64,000 nt of DNA from Amoeboaphelidium protococcarum X5 (GCA_023515725.1 JALDTO010000214.1:62001-126000); one strand, 5' to 3'; counted from the first letter of the stretch, positions 13,654 through 26,400 are shown. Notes: a model not told the origin generated them from the letters alone. Program-made: numbers and translations.

Positions 13654-15254
13654 ATAGGTGTCACTGTTATAGATTTGGAGAATTAAACTTGGCGGAAAAG
13701 TAAGAGCAAACCGAACAACTAAACAAAATATGATTGACAAAGCACTTTTGTTCCAAAGAGAAGCATGGCTGCCGTTCGACGGCGTTATATTGGAGTTTCT
13801 TTAATATAGAAGCAGAAACTCGGTAAGCAGAGCGACACTACCTATATACTATACTTCTTTACAACTCCTATTATCAAAAAATTCTCATTTCCCATGTTTC
13901 AGCATACGCTCTACACGCCAGTGAAATCCACGTATTCGTATCACGTCTCCTCGCATAGTTTCAGTTTGAAAACACTTTTCAGTGCTGCCATTCTCTCATT
14001 TTAGACGCTATTGTAGTTGCTCGCCTGGGCAATCAGTTGGATGAGGAGTCGGAAGAGGAGGAGGATCAACGGTAATGCATCCTAAGGTTTAAAGTTTTGG
14101 GTCTTAAACAGCGGATGGCTAAATCTAAAAACGTCAGTGTCAGTATCACCTCTGATGGTTTTGCGTGCTCCGTGTCTGTTTCAGATTAAGGTGGGAAAAC
14201 GTATGCAAATGAAGCTTCAGACCTGCAGAGAAAAGCACGAAACATTGACGTGTCTCAAGTAATTGTTGGGGCTTTTGCTTTGGAAAACTGGCGGAATCTC
14301 CAACAAAGATTAGATGGCTCTCGATTGATTGGCGTTGACCCTGGTAAGAAGAACGTACTGGTGTGGGGCGACGACGCGGACGTCGATGGTGCAATTACGC
14401 TAAAAGAAGCCAAGAAGGAGCTAAAAGAAACGGGCCACATATCTGCTGGATACTGGTAACGTCTTGCATTGACTACAGAGTCTGAAGCCCATCTGTTGCA
14501 TATCAAACCAACTGAAATCACGCTGATGGAGTAAGATATGGCCTAATCAAACACTTGCCAGTAGTATCTCGATGTTTACATCAGATATTTTGAGGACGTC
14601 TATGCCTTCTACTCAAGATGATTCCATAGTAATTGGAGATTCTGACGATTTTGCGCGACCAAGTCTGCGTTTGGTAAAGTCATCAAGATGATGTATGGCA
14701 GGCCAAAGCCACCAGTGCCTAAAATCAACGATCGGCGCCGAGGTAAAGCTGCAAAGAAGAGGAAACGCGAACTGCGTAAATATATTGGCAAGTTTTCACC
14801 TCCAGATAAGCCTCCGGTAATTGCTCTTGGTGACGCTGGTGTGAAGCACGTGCGTGGTAATCCTCCTGCTCCGGTGAGAAAACTCGCGTTTGAATTCAGT
14901 CGTCGGACATTGGTAGTTATAACGCCGGAGTTCCACACTAGCAAGCAGCACTCATTATGTCATGCAGATCTTACTGGGAGCATGAAGTGGTGATGAGGTG
15001 TCGACACAAGAAGGCAAAGAAGATACTGCCTGGTCGTCTCCGGGCTTAAACTGTCTGCATCAAAGCTGATGGTCCAGAAATCCTATCGCACGAAGTCCTG
15101 ATCTTTTTAACCGAAGAGTCCAATCAAGATTTGGAGTTTGCCCAAACTGCCAAAACACTGGATGTGACGTCTTTGTAGATCGGGACGTTAATGCTTACAG
15201 GAGTATGGCTCAAATAGTCCGCCATTACGCGATGCATGGTAGCAGACCTTAATG

Positions 15255-15415
15255 GAAATGCCGCGCCGAAAGGCGCGCCTGATATATACAGTAATGTTTG
15301 TCGGACAAACCGATGAAATAGACTGTAAGCCGTTCGTTTTAATAGCATTCTTCCCAGCCGTTTGAATGAGTTATACGGGCGTGTAATAACACCGTTTTAA
15401 TTAAGGCTTAGTACG
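15255..15415 (+). ncRNA. Candidate Fanzor1 omegaRNA scaffold
   Basis: GCGCC-GAAA-GGCGC GNRA hairpin (15263-15276) overlapping the ORF end; GTTTGT-CGG-ACAAAC hairpin (15296-15310); position is that of TnpB/Fanzor omegaRNAs. Confidence 0.55.
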
Positions 15416-15718
15416 TGTGTGCTGTAGTCTAAAATGAACATATAAAACTCATATCTCTGTTTCTGGCCTTCTCGAGGATGTCTAAATGATTAATTTTACT
15501 CAGAGTGGCCGACCGCGTTAGAGTCAGGTGTAGCGCTTGAAACGACAAACAAGCAAGAGGAACGCGTTCTAGAGTAATGCTAAGTCGATTCTATGACTAG
15601 TAAATTTTGTTAAAAGCAAACCATTTGATATCTTGATTAAAAATGTAAGTCATAACAATAATAATAATATTTCAACAAAAATCTAGATCAAATGTGCTTC
15701 TTTACTTCCCTTCCCAAA

Positions 15719-16237
15719 TCAAATTTCGCCAGAATCTTCAACATCGGAGATTACAAATACATCTTCATCATCGCCGTCATGATAAAATTCGGATCTCATG
15801 GCAATGTTGCGATCATTCACCTATGCTCTCTTGTAAGTAAGATCAAAATTTTATCTATCACCTTAAAATTAGTTTCCCAAGACATTATTCGAGCCGGTCG
15901 CCTATCTCCAGCAGAATCCTTTGCACGGTGTTGGTGGAGGCGCAGTGGGCACCTTAGGAGACATCACAGCAAGACTGTACTCAGCAAAAGCCACAGAAGA
16001 GCTTCTATACGAAGAGCAGCATGATGATGAAGATACCGAAGCATCAACGGAAGACTGAGAAGATCTCATGTACGAACCATCAGACTTCTAATGGTCACCA
16101 GAGACAAGTCGATCACCAGCCAATTATCGACTCTATAAACGGCATAGTGCCTACTCTAGAGCAGCAGTATTCAAAGCAGAGCAATCAGAAAACATGTGTT
16201 GTGTATTCAAAGTATTGTGATATTCCTCTACCAGCAT
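15719..16237 (-). CDS. Hypothetical Ser-rich protein (possibly a remnant)
   Basis: 172-codon open frame under table 6; no recognisable motif; the frame extends upstream to a TGA within a GATCA x3 repeat. Confidence 0.3.
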
Positions 16238-16704
16238 TATGACTATATTCAAGTGTTGCAAGATGTGTTTTTATGAGGTGGCGAAGTACGAGCGTGTGAG
16301 TTTCACAAAGAGAAGAGCGATAAGGCGTTCGTTCAGTTTAGATCAGATCAGATCACGTCGAGTCATCAAGGCCGTTTTGAGAAACAGTGGACTGGGGAAC
16401 TCCCAAAATGTATCAACATAATCGATCGTTATGAAAATAACATCACCATCAGTTTGGGATTCTTATGTTTTCGCATCACTTGATCATCAATCAGTCGACA
16501 TCGTTTAACAGTTGATAACTCAAACGGTTTTTCACCGCATTATTTAAAAGACTTGGAACTGTTTTTACTCACACTATTCAGTCGATGTGATTTATTCGCA
16601 TTCATATTCGTTACCAGCTTATGCTTCTTGATAATTCTCGTTTTCAAGATCTACAATCAATCTTCTTTTACAAGTTGATCAATCCTAAGTTCGCTATTTG
16701 TATA

Positions 16705-19700
16705 ATGGAGTTTTCAGCGAAATCTGAAGTATCCAGCAGCGTTCTGCGTTAAAAGCTGGCGCTAAAATCTACAGACACTTTAAGACTTTTAAATAAGGCC
16801 AATCTTGGTGGGAAAGACATCATTTACTTGACATGGTTTCTTTCTGACTTGAAGAAATCCTTTGTGGGCTATGTAGAAATAAACTCCAAAAGTCACTTAA
16901 ACTAGCTGAAGATAGTATACCAACACGCTGGGAATATACATGTATCGAACGTATCAATGAGCAAGAACTAAAAGTTACTCACTCTCAATGTACAAGATGC
17001 TGATTCTTTGCTCCATATAACTTGGCTAATTGAACTTGAATCGCGTCAGAGGCGCGTTTTCTAACTTGGCTCAGAGTCTAACAACGCCTAATTATCATAT
17101 TTCTTGAATGGAAGTACCGCAGCAGAGATAGGTAGTAGATCTGATGAATGTAAATTGCTCTTGACATCCTAGACTGAGTTTGTTGAGGTGTATTAGCTGT
17201 ACGTAAATCAATCTGGCGGCAACTCATGGCAGTTACAAGGCTAGCCTTAACGCGTCAAAACTGTTTGCAGTGACCATATATGGTCGTATTATGATGAAGT
17301 ATTTAGTGCTCTGTTCGTTTTATAGAGAGATGGTAAGGATAAGACGTGTGCCAAGTTGAAGACTATTAATTTAAGTGATAGAGATGACTTTTAGGCGTCT
17401 CCATTGCTTGGAATCGAGACTGTGTTGCCCTTTTAGATCCCAGTGAATTATGCCGATTCCTAAGTCGTTGTGAGGTTTAATCGTGATTTATTTGATAGTT
17501 CTGATTTGATAATTCTTCTTTACTAAAGCAATGAAGGACTTGACGTTGATTGTGCTATCTGGAGAGCGCCATTTGAGGCTGATAATCCATCAGCCATTCG
17601 ATGTCGTGATAATGATGACTCTGATTCTGTGATTGTCTCCATGGCGTTCTATAGAGTGTAGATTTCAGCTAAGCTTGAAGATTGCATATATTTTAATCAA
17701 GATTCCACATTTTTCATAGTGTGCTCGGAGTATTTGCTTTACATATAAAGATCTTTCCTTAGTTGGTATATCAATAGGCTGTCATTGAAGTCTATATGTT
17801 CTCAGGACAATGCAGATATTACGAAGATCTTTGATAAGTAGGAAAGGCAAGTTCCGAATTACTCTGTCATGTATGATTTGTTTTAGAGCCCTTTAATTTT
17901 GGTGGATTCTTTAAGGTCGATCAGCGTAGAGTTTTAAGCTTCGTATCTGTCCCTTGCGTTACAGTTGGCTTAATGCGAGTAATCGCAGCTTCTTCAAATT
18001 CTCAAAGATTGTATATTTCAAAGGGATAAGCTGGACTTGAATAGTTTACTTCCTGCACTGGTATCGAGAATGCTTTAGTTTGAACTTGAAAAGTAAGATT
18101 TTATGGATTGTTCAGTCCAGGCTTAACTTTCCAATTATAGAAAGCTTCCTGATTTCGTTTAGTATATGGATGTGCTACAGAATGCATGTAATATCAAGGG
18201 AATCTCAAAAGCTAATATGGTTTATAATGTTGATATAAGGACATAACAGCTTGATTTCCCTCTTCAATGGTTCCTGTAGGAATCAAGGTAGATGTATCGC
18301 AAGAACGAGATTGGTATGTTGAATGATTGTTCAAAGTAAATCGATGATTTATAATCATTTAAGCGTTAGAGACTGAAACCAGTTAATATACCATAGAAGG
18401 GCATGCTTGGGATGTTAAAAAGTCTGTTAACGAATAGTAGCAGTCAGTCTGCCAAATCCTCTCCTAGGAAGCCATCAAATGTCAATCCTGAAGCTATTCA
18501 AGAGTGCTTTTCTTCATCATCTAACTTATGGGAGACCAAGTATAAAGAGTTCTTGTAGGATATCTTTCAGGAAAGCTAGCCTCTGTCAGTTCAGACATCA
18601 GAGAACGTTTAATCTATTGATCTGTTCTCCTTCAAGAATTATGCTACTCCTAGAGCCATTGCCTCGCCGCTGGTTTTGTCTAGAACCGCGTCTGAGGACC
18701 CTTAGATAAGCCTTAATTAGCCGTCTAAACTGTAAATATACTTCAATTGCCATTAGCGATTAATGAATTCTGTGTTTCGCATAGTTGAAGACCTTTGTGC
18801 TTTCAAAGCGCTGAATGATTTTGTTGGCTGCCAATGTTGGTTATGCGGTACGTACACTTCCAAGGATGTGAATAGTAAAAGGCCCACATCTGCTGCAAAG
18901 ACCTCATAGCTACCATCATCTGTGTCTTTTCGTCACGGTTATGTAAAGTAGGTGCTCAATATCAATACTGGCGAGGGTGTAATATCATAAAAGGCAAATC
19001 CTAACTTATGCATGTAGTTGGAACAATAGTTTGATCTACTCTTCCAAATAAAATGCTGCTTTGATGAACTCGGCGGATACGCACCATCTGCATTTAACTT
19101 TAAGTTTGCGCTCACAGCTCTGCATTAACTATCAAGGGGTGATTTCTTGCAATATCTGGCGGATGGTGTTCTACAGGCTACAGATCAGTTTGTAAATTAT
19201 GTCTGCAGTCAGATGAAGTGCGCTGAAGTAATTGAAGATCTAAACTTTCTCCTATGCTTAATTGACTAGGTTGACAATCTTCATCGAAGACGTAATCTTC
19301 TGCTATCAATCTCTGGCTTTAAATGGATAGTCAACCAGTATCCTGTCAGTTTTGATATGTTGTCAGGTTCGCAATAGCGGAGAACGCGTCAAACTTCTGA
19401 CCGAATGGGTGAAGGTGAAAGGGACTCTGGTGAATTAGATCTTGTATTGTCACCCAGTTTATCAGCAACATTCTCTGATCCTCGACGACGATCTTTGTTG
19501 CAATCGCGGATATCTTCGTCTGTTACTGTCACCTCCAGTGGTCTCACTATATAGCCTACGGTGGGCCGTTCCAACTCTGTTAAGGAGTAGAACAAGCTGG
19601 TACTGGACACGTTTTAACGTGGATTATTGCCTTTCGACCTTGTGTCCTCGAAGAGAGACTTCCTGTGATCTAATCTTATAGTAAAATACATATTATTCCA

Positions 19701-20517
19701 TCAGATGCAATATGATATGTTAAAGACAGTGAAGATAAATGTGCTTTATCAAACGTTGTAGCCTTGTCTTCCTTTACTCGCGTCTGTTCGATCAAACCTT
19801 CTCTCTGCGACTGACATTATAATTTCACAAAGCTCAGATATCTCACTGAATATAATGAGCACGATTATATAACGAATAAAGTATATTATCCAACTCCAAC
19901 AATAGTACAAATCTTTTACAGATGAGGGATTCAAGTATGCTCAGACAGCAATCAATTTTAAGATATCGGCCCTTTGGTTGGATCGCCCCGTGGATGATTG
20001 TCCTGATGAAGTGCGCCAATTGTTCTATGATGATTCTAACAATGAAGCGCTATTAAATCGCGATTAATTGATAGCCAAGTAATGTGAATTATTCGAATAG
20101 ATGATGAATAAATGCGGGAGAATCAGGGAAATTTTGATATAAATGGAATCTACATTGCGTAAGATGAAAGCAACCTTATTCGATACTGATGAGAGGTACG
20201 GGCGAATGGATGTAGTACGTAATACTCAAATCAATATAAAGCGCGTTATTTCTCAGTAAAGAGACGATTTCATATTATATTATTAAGATTATGAAGAAAA
20301 GTGCTCGATATACCACGCTATCGCTTGTTTGCCGTATGATTTATTGTCACCGCATCTAAAACCTGTCGAAGATCATATGAAAATGCAGCCAATAACTTCG
20401 CGAGAGTCTTCAATCGTTTGTCTCTCATTGTGGAAGTAGTCGCCAAGGATTAGTTAATTATATAAAGAAGGTTGTAGTCTGTAAGATGTTTTAAATACTG
20501 CATGTGATAATGAATGA
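16705..20517 (+). CDS. Large protein (~1270 aa), N-terminus resembles gamma-secretase-activating protein (GSAP/pigeon)
   Basis: ATG and TGA in one frame with TAR=Gln; LRLLN...IIYLTW...VGYV and DHIWSYYDEVFSALFVL...LKTI resemble GSAP LRVLN..IIYTY and FVWAQWD..QRLYYI..LKCI segments (from memory). Confidence 0.55.
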
Positions 20518-20645
20518 ATAAAGCTACTAGGATATAAGAATGCATCCACAAAGCAAAGCTTTTTATAACAACACTTTCATACATCAAATATCACGGCCCC
20601 GTTAAACTTTCCACCATAGCTAATAGCATAACATTTTCTCATTAA

Positions 20646-21727
20646 TCACTAATGATTCTCATAGAACGCGTACATTAAACCAGACACACAAGTTGTGATA
20701 AACAACTTAACCGGCAAGTGCGCACCATCAAACAGAGTAGTCAAGCTTCGGTGGCTGGTAACAATAGGACTGCCAGAGAGCAGACCATCAATTGTCAAAG
20801 CCTTGGCCACAAAGTAGAATACAAATAATCTAACCAAGCTGAAAGTCATCATATTCACTGGGCATACGAGACGACCAGCACGGTTGGACAAATTGATTGC
20901 ATAGCCAAACACGGATGGAATTATCACGAAATAGATGAACCAATAAAATAGTGGATACAGAAAAGTCTTACGCTCAAACAGTCCAGAGAACAGAGGCTAT
21001 CTCACATTGATAGCATTAGAATGGCAGATGCGACCACACCATTGAGGTAATGGAATAGTGAACAGGGGTGCAGCAGACCATACAATTTGATTCCAAATCA
21101 ACACGCAAAACTCTACATAAATCATGGTCAGTACAACACTATCCGAGGTCTTGTACTTGTCACGGATATCAGTAAAGAACTGCTTATACCCATTCTTGTC
21201 CAAGTGCTACAACAGGAAATCTATAGCCGTAGCAGGAGTATGAAATCCAAGCCATTCCGGAAATAAAGAAGTTCCACTACAATAATAAAAAATTCACATA
21301 ATTTGAATAAGCAAATAAGAATCTAGCACCTACTTAGAAGAAGCAGTCTGAGACTGAGGTGTGCGAGCGGGGCGTTTCCCACTGCTTACCGGTTTCTTAG
21401 CTGGCGATGGAGTGCCCATAGTTGCAGCAGCAGCAGCAGAGGAAGAGCCTTACGCAGACTCCAATTCCAAAGTCTGAATCCACTTGGAGTCAGTCAACTT
21501 CCCGGTCGACACTAAACTCTCAAAACCGCCATTCTTCTTTGCGTATTCATTAATACGCACCTCAATATCATTCCTCAAGCCATCCGTTGACAGACTCAAA
21601 TGCTCAGCGAGGGCTACACAACGCACAAATTAGGATAGTCAATTAATATCACTCATTCATAGTAAACAACAGAAAACTTACACTACAACTCTCCCTTCTT
21701 CAACTTACTCAATCTTTGATCAGCCAT
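20646..21727 (-). CDS. N-terminal SAP-like domain, C-terminal multi-pass membrane protein (2 introns)
   Basis: LSKLKKGELQ/ALAEHLSLSTDGLRNDIE SAP-like pattern; hydrophobic C-terminal helices; ends TAG-TGA. Confidence 0.65.
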
Positions 21728-22229
21728 TTTTATATCAACTCTTCTCAAAGATAATTTGGACTTTTTTAATAAAGTAAATGTAACAAGTTAAATCAACCAA
21801 ATACCGCACACAATTATGGTTCTACAGTGATATACAAAGAACTATACACACCGGAGGGAAGAGTGGGAAGAGTTAGTTGTTGGCTGAGAGCTGCGCTGTT
21901 GTTTCAAACGAACGAGTGAAACAGAAAGACAAATGGAACGCGCTCTCTTTGTCTATCTCTCTCTCTTTCTCTGAATCGCTTGTTGTTGCGCGAGTTGGTC
22001 AAACACTGCCAGAGTGCACTGCCGCATACTGTAGTTTCGTTTAATGCGAGTATTATATGGCTTTGGAAGGAATAATTGCTCATTTTACAATCATGACAAG
22101 TAGACTAATATAATCCCTCAATATTTGATATAAGAACAACATATAACGCGAAAAAGAGAAAAATAAAAGCCTTATAGTATATAAGTATGGTAATTCATAG
22201 CCACTTCTTCAACACAGAGAAGAGTGTCC

Positions 22230-22790
22230 TCAAACTTTGAAACCACGAGAAGCACGACGACCACGAGCGCGTTCAAACTTGCGTCCCTTACTCTGTACAT
22301 ACGGCTTGGTGTGGGATCCAGGAGTTCCCGGTGGAGGACCAAAGTGCTTCACTGCCTCACGAGCATTCTTACGTCCACGCAGCAGCAGAGTGTTGGCACC
22401 AGTAGGAGCACGCATTGCCAGCTAATCAAAAGTCAAACACTCACCGCCAGCCTTGACAATACGAGCACGCGCAGTCTTGGTGAAGCGCAGAGCACACACA
22501 GTCATCTTTGGCACCTGGAGCAGTCTGTTATCATCAGTGATTGTACCGACACACACAGCGATCTTTCCATCATGTCCACGGTAATATCTAGCCAGACGCG
22601 ACAATGAAAGAGGAGGACGATTGATGCGGCTCATAAATAATCTCTTCAAAACGACTTTATTAAAATTAGCATCTGTTCTGCGAGCCAAGAATCTGTACAA
22701 TTTCACCAGCATAAGCAAGTAGACATTCTTACTCTTTGGCTCAGTTCTGTTGGTGTCCTTGACGTGATGGCGTTTAATATCGATACCCAT
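22230..22790 (-). CDS. RPL18: 60S ribosomal protein L18 (eL18)
   Basis: MGIDI...[10 protein letters not shown]...TFD(TAG=Q)LAMRAPTG...[16 protein letters not shown]. Confidence 0.97.
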
Positions 22791-23006
22791 GATGATTTTA
22801 TTATGTGATTATTAATCGTGAAATACCAGTAAGGAAGGGCTCACTTGGGGCAAATCTGTTAATGCAAACGGGTGCGTCTAAGATTAACACGAAATTTTCT
22901 TTTCGCGTCAAGTTTCTGTAACCGACCGAAGCGCGCTCGATGTTTGATCAGTTTGCACTCTCAATGTGAATATTGATATACCACGATTTATAAGTTTTTC
23001 AGAACA

Positions 23007-23066
23007 AGCGTGATGATGCTTCTACACTTAAATGAATTCAACAATATTGTAAACTAGGTTGATGCT
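23007..23066 (+). ncRNA. Possible box C/D snoRNA
   Basis: Box C GTGATGA (23010), variant D box TTGA, terminal stem AGCG/TGCT; only a short AAACTAG match to LSU CTAGTTT. Confidence 0.35.
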
Positions 23067-23100
23067 ACGTTTATGTTATTATTCTGTGAATTAGATGCAA

Positions 23101-23166
23101 ACTGTGATTATGTTATTTAGTCATGCACCACTCTTAGTCTAGGCATCCGTGTCTCATGTGCTGATT
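23101..23166 (+). ncRNA. Box C/D snoRNA, snR40/SNORD32-like (18S Gm1271 equivalent)
   Basis: C-like GTGATTA, guide GTCATGCACCAC (12 bp incl. one G-U) to conserved 18S GTGGTGCATGGC, D'-like CTTA, D box CTGA at 23161. Confidence 0.6.
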
Positions 23167-23478
23167 ATGGCAATTATGAGTTTGCATTTTATTTTATTAA
23201 AAGATTTTACTTGAATCTTATAGACGAAATGTATGCTTAAATAGCCTTCTATTTTAGTTTCCAGTTATACGATAGCCGTCCTTATATACTGTACGTATTG
23301 GAATCGACGAGTTCTCGTTTCAGTGACGCGTCGCGACTTTAATGATCTCCATTGCAGAGCTCGAAATTGCAGCGTGCTAGCTTTCTCTTAATCCTTTCGT
23401 AACTCACTTTGCCAATTTATCTGTTTTAGAATATCCATATCTTTTAGTAGAGTTAATTAATCTGGAGATATAGAGATA

Positions 23479-26400
23479 ATGTCTACTGTAAATTTTGTGC
23501 AGAATCTTCTGTAAGAATACACTTCCCTGTAGAATGAGTCTAAACGCAAGTCCCCAGAAATAAAGTCACTCTGCGACAAGGTGATTGCATTCTTGTAGTA
23601 GAAGGTGGTGGTTAAGGATAAGGATGCTGCTCCTGTTTCTGCTGATGAGTTGGCCTGTAATGAAGACCTGTTGAAGCCTATATCTCAAGCATTGTCTAGC
23701 AAGTTGTTCAGATTGGAGATAATCGCCGCCAACATTATTCAGAAGCTTGCCTAGTACCGCTGTCTTCCTTAGTCTTACCCGTCTATTGTTGTGCTTCTGA
23801 ATGAGCTGTCAGAGAGAACCAACACTACTGATGTTCATTTAAAGTTGATTTAAATCGTTCTGCCTCTAGTTACTAATTACAATAGTGGTGGAGAGATTCT
23901 GTTTGAACTGATCAATATGCTCCTCCGCCTTGTGCAGACTTAAACTTCTAACGTGGTTCATGGCACCGCTGCTGCTACATTGAGATAGCTGACAATGATT
24001 GTTTTTGATCGCTGTAAAGTTAATGCTTCTGTTGATAATACAAAAGCTGGAGAGTCTGCATAAAGGTCCAATTTCATGTTGAGGTATATAAAGTAAAATT
24101 AGAACCTGTCATCACTCTCCCCTGCTTAGATGGATTGTTATCTGCTGTATCATGATCTCATATCACTTATATCTGGTATTGACACTCCTCTCTGTTTGAG
24201 ATATGAATATATTGACATGGTATTCGGTCTAGACTTGGTTGAGTCTATTGTTAATCACCATCATGTTATGCTTAAATCTGAATAGCAAATGTTATGGCTC
24301 ACGTAGGAACGTCTAATACCGTTCATCGCAAGTTTAATGTCTAGCGGACAAGCGTATCCGCTCCACTTGCGAGCTTTCAGGTTTGGCAAGTTGTTTTTAT
24401 CTCAATTCAGGGATCTGAGTGAGGAGTTTCAGTTGGTAATGACCTTACTGATTGAGATGATGGCGTCATCACAGCCCATTCTATCATTGGAAGTTTTGAG
24501 AGATATCATGTTGGTGAAGCAGAGTCAGTTGGAGTTCATTTAATGTCTTGTAAAGTCTGGGTGTCTCAACAGCACCATTGAGAATGTGACTTCTTGTTAT
24601 TTGAAATCACTGCAGCCTGGTTTTGATTATCAAGTCACTTAGAATCAGTTTAAGCAGTCTCTGCTTGACCAAGTTGACAAGATGTAATAACCTTAGATTA
24701 GTTCATCTTACTTTTGTGCTATGGCTCTGGAGTGTTGGCTTCTGCTGGTAGGTTTTCTCAAAACTATGGCTTATGATCATCTCTTTATACTTCAAGGTGA
24801 AAATGCTGATGTTGATCAAGTCATTAAAGCTTAATCTGGCATTTAGTTTGATGGGAAATCAAAATGCCAAATATCTTAATCATTGTTGTCTTAGTAATAT
24901 GATTATAGTCTGTACCATCAAGTTTTGGTAATGTCTTATACTAGTTTTGTTCGTATATTTGTCCATTCATAGGAAGTCAAGGTTGATGCGGATACTTTCT
25001 ACATTGTAGTATAATGTTTCGGTCATCTCTTAGTTGCTTCTGCCGTTTTGAATGATCGCAGAGTATTTAATTCACTTCTCAGTCAGCTTTCAAGTTCAAT
25101 GATTAGTCTTGAAGTTAGCCAGCAGAGTGTAATTTGTACATTGCTTATGAAGATCTCGCATCAATGCTGTTGCTTTCTGGATATGGATCAATGGGAGTGC
25201 ATATCTCAATCACTGTCATCTGGTGAAAACCGAGGAAATTTATCCGTTCTATGTTAGTGGTCTGCTGTGCTATTGAGAAGAGAACTTTCTAATTTGATTA
25301 GTGGACTGATACGAGCGTGCTTGTATGGATTGCAAATATCAAATACAGACATTATTCAGCGATTGCTTTAACTTTAGAAAAATGTCGCTTTTACAGATAC
25401 AGTTTATAATCCAATGGCGTCTGACACGGCATCTGCGGATGTATCCCAGATGGCGATAGATGTGTCGCCTCTTTCTGCGGCCGATTACTCTAGAATTCAG
25501 TTTGCTGCAGCTAGTTCTGTGGTGCTGATTCAGTCAATCAGTGAAGTCTTGCAGGTGAATCTGGCAAAGTTTCTGTTTGAATCCGCATAAGATAGCTTGG
25601 TTGTGGTTTGGGATCAAGCCTTTGCGTGTCTTGTTCTTATAATGAGACTCAAGATTAGTCAGTCGGACATCAGTGCCCTCGCCAGTACCTAGATATCCAC
25701 TCTAGTGGATAATGTGGCTAATCAGTTGTAGGCTAGAGCTAGGACGAAAGAATTGGATGAACAGAGCAGCCAGAGAGTTGCAGATATGATCCTCGTGCCT
25801 TTAAAGTCTATAATTGTGCTTTCAGCTGCTAATACTGAACAATCTACTCAAGTTCAATTGGTTGGACTCGAGGCGCTGAATAAATTGCTTCAACTTGTCG
25901 GTGCTTACTTATAACCGTCTAGTTACGCTATCGTTCTCGAAACTATTGGCGGTATTTTCCAAGGCGATTAACAGTAGTTTGTGCAAAAGAACATGGTGCT
26001 TTTAATTCGGTCTTCGATGTAAATATTGTAATCTGTATGCTCGGAATATTTATCACAACTGGGTATGGATAATGTCGTGCCTTTGGTGAATCTTATTCAG
26101 AAATTTGTACAATAAGAGGTTGAGGTCAACTGTGCTCTGGTTGGTGTCAATCTAGTTTGGTCAATCTGTGAGCACTTGAAGCAGATTGATTCCCCATTAT
26201 AGTAGAAAATGTTTTGTTTACAGGCTCTGCGTTCTCTCTGCTGTGATACTAATCGGTACGAAGTGAAGCTGACCGCGGCTCAAGTCCTGTTTCGATGCTC
26301 ATCTATGACTTTTGCCAGTGCTTTTGATGCGTCTCAGCTTGTTGGTGTTATTGAGGAGATTTTACTTCCTTCATGTCTGCAACTGATTTAGTATTCCAAT

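Larger units (their letters stand above)
12446..15282 (+). pseudogene. Fanzor1 (eukaryotic TnpB-like RuvC RNA-guided nuclease), pseudogenised
   Basis: FKIFP..VPCHICFD, SITSDGFACSV, RuvC-I LIGVDPGKKNV, VIALGDAG, RuvC-II TPEFHTSK, CPNC, RuvC-III DRDVNAYRSM, terminal SRP; disabled by a 13-bp duplication, TGAs at 12885/14619/14643, frameshift(s) near 14990-15070 and an insertion at ~13509-13982. Confidence 0.88.
12314..15415 (+). mobile_element. Fanzor1-bearing element with no transposase in it; boundaries approximate
   Basis: Decayed TnpB/Fanzor ORF; imperfect inverted similarity between 12314-12336 and both 15323-15342 and 15403-15415; flanked by non-coding DNA. Confidence 0.65.

Noticed and set aside
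13509-13982. Insert as a spliceosomal intron (it ends in TTTTCAG)
   Set aside because: No GT donor at the required position before the in-frame TGA at 13518; far longer than the ~50-70 nt introns here; contains an antisense gene fragment.
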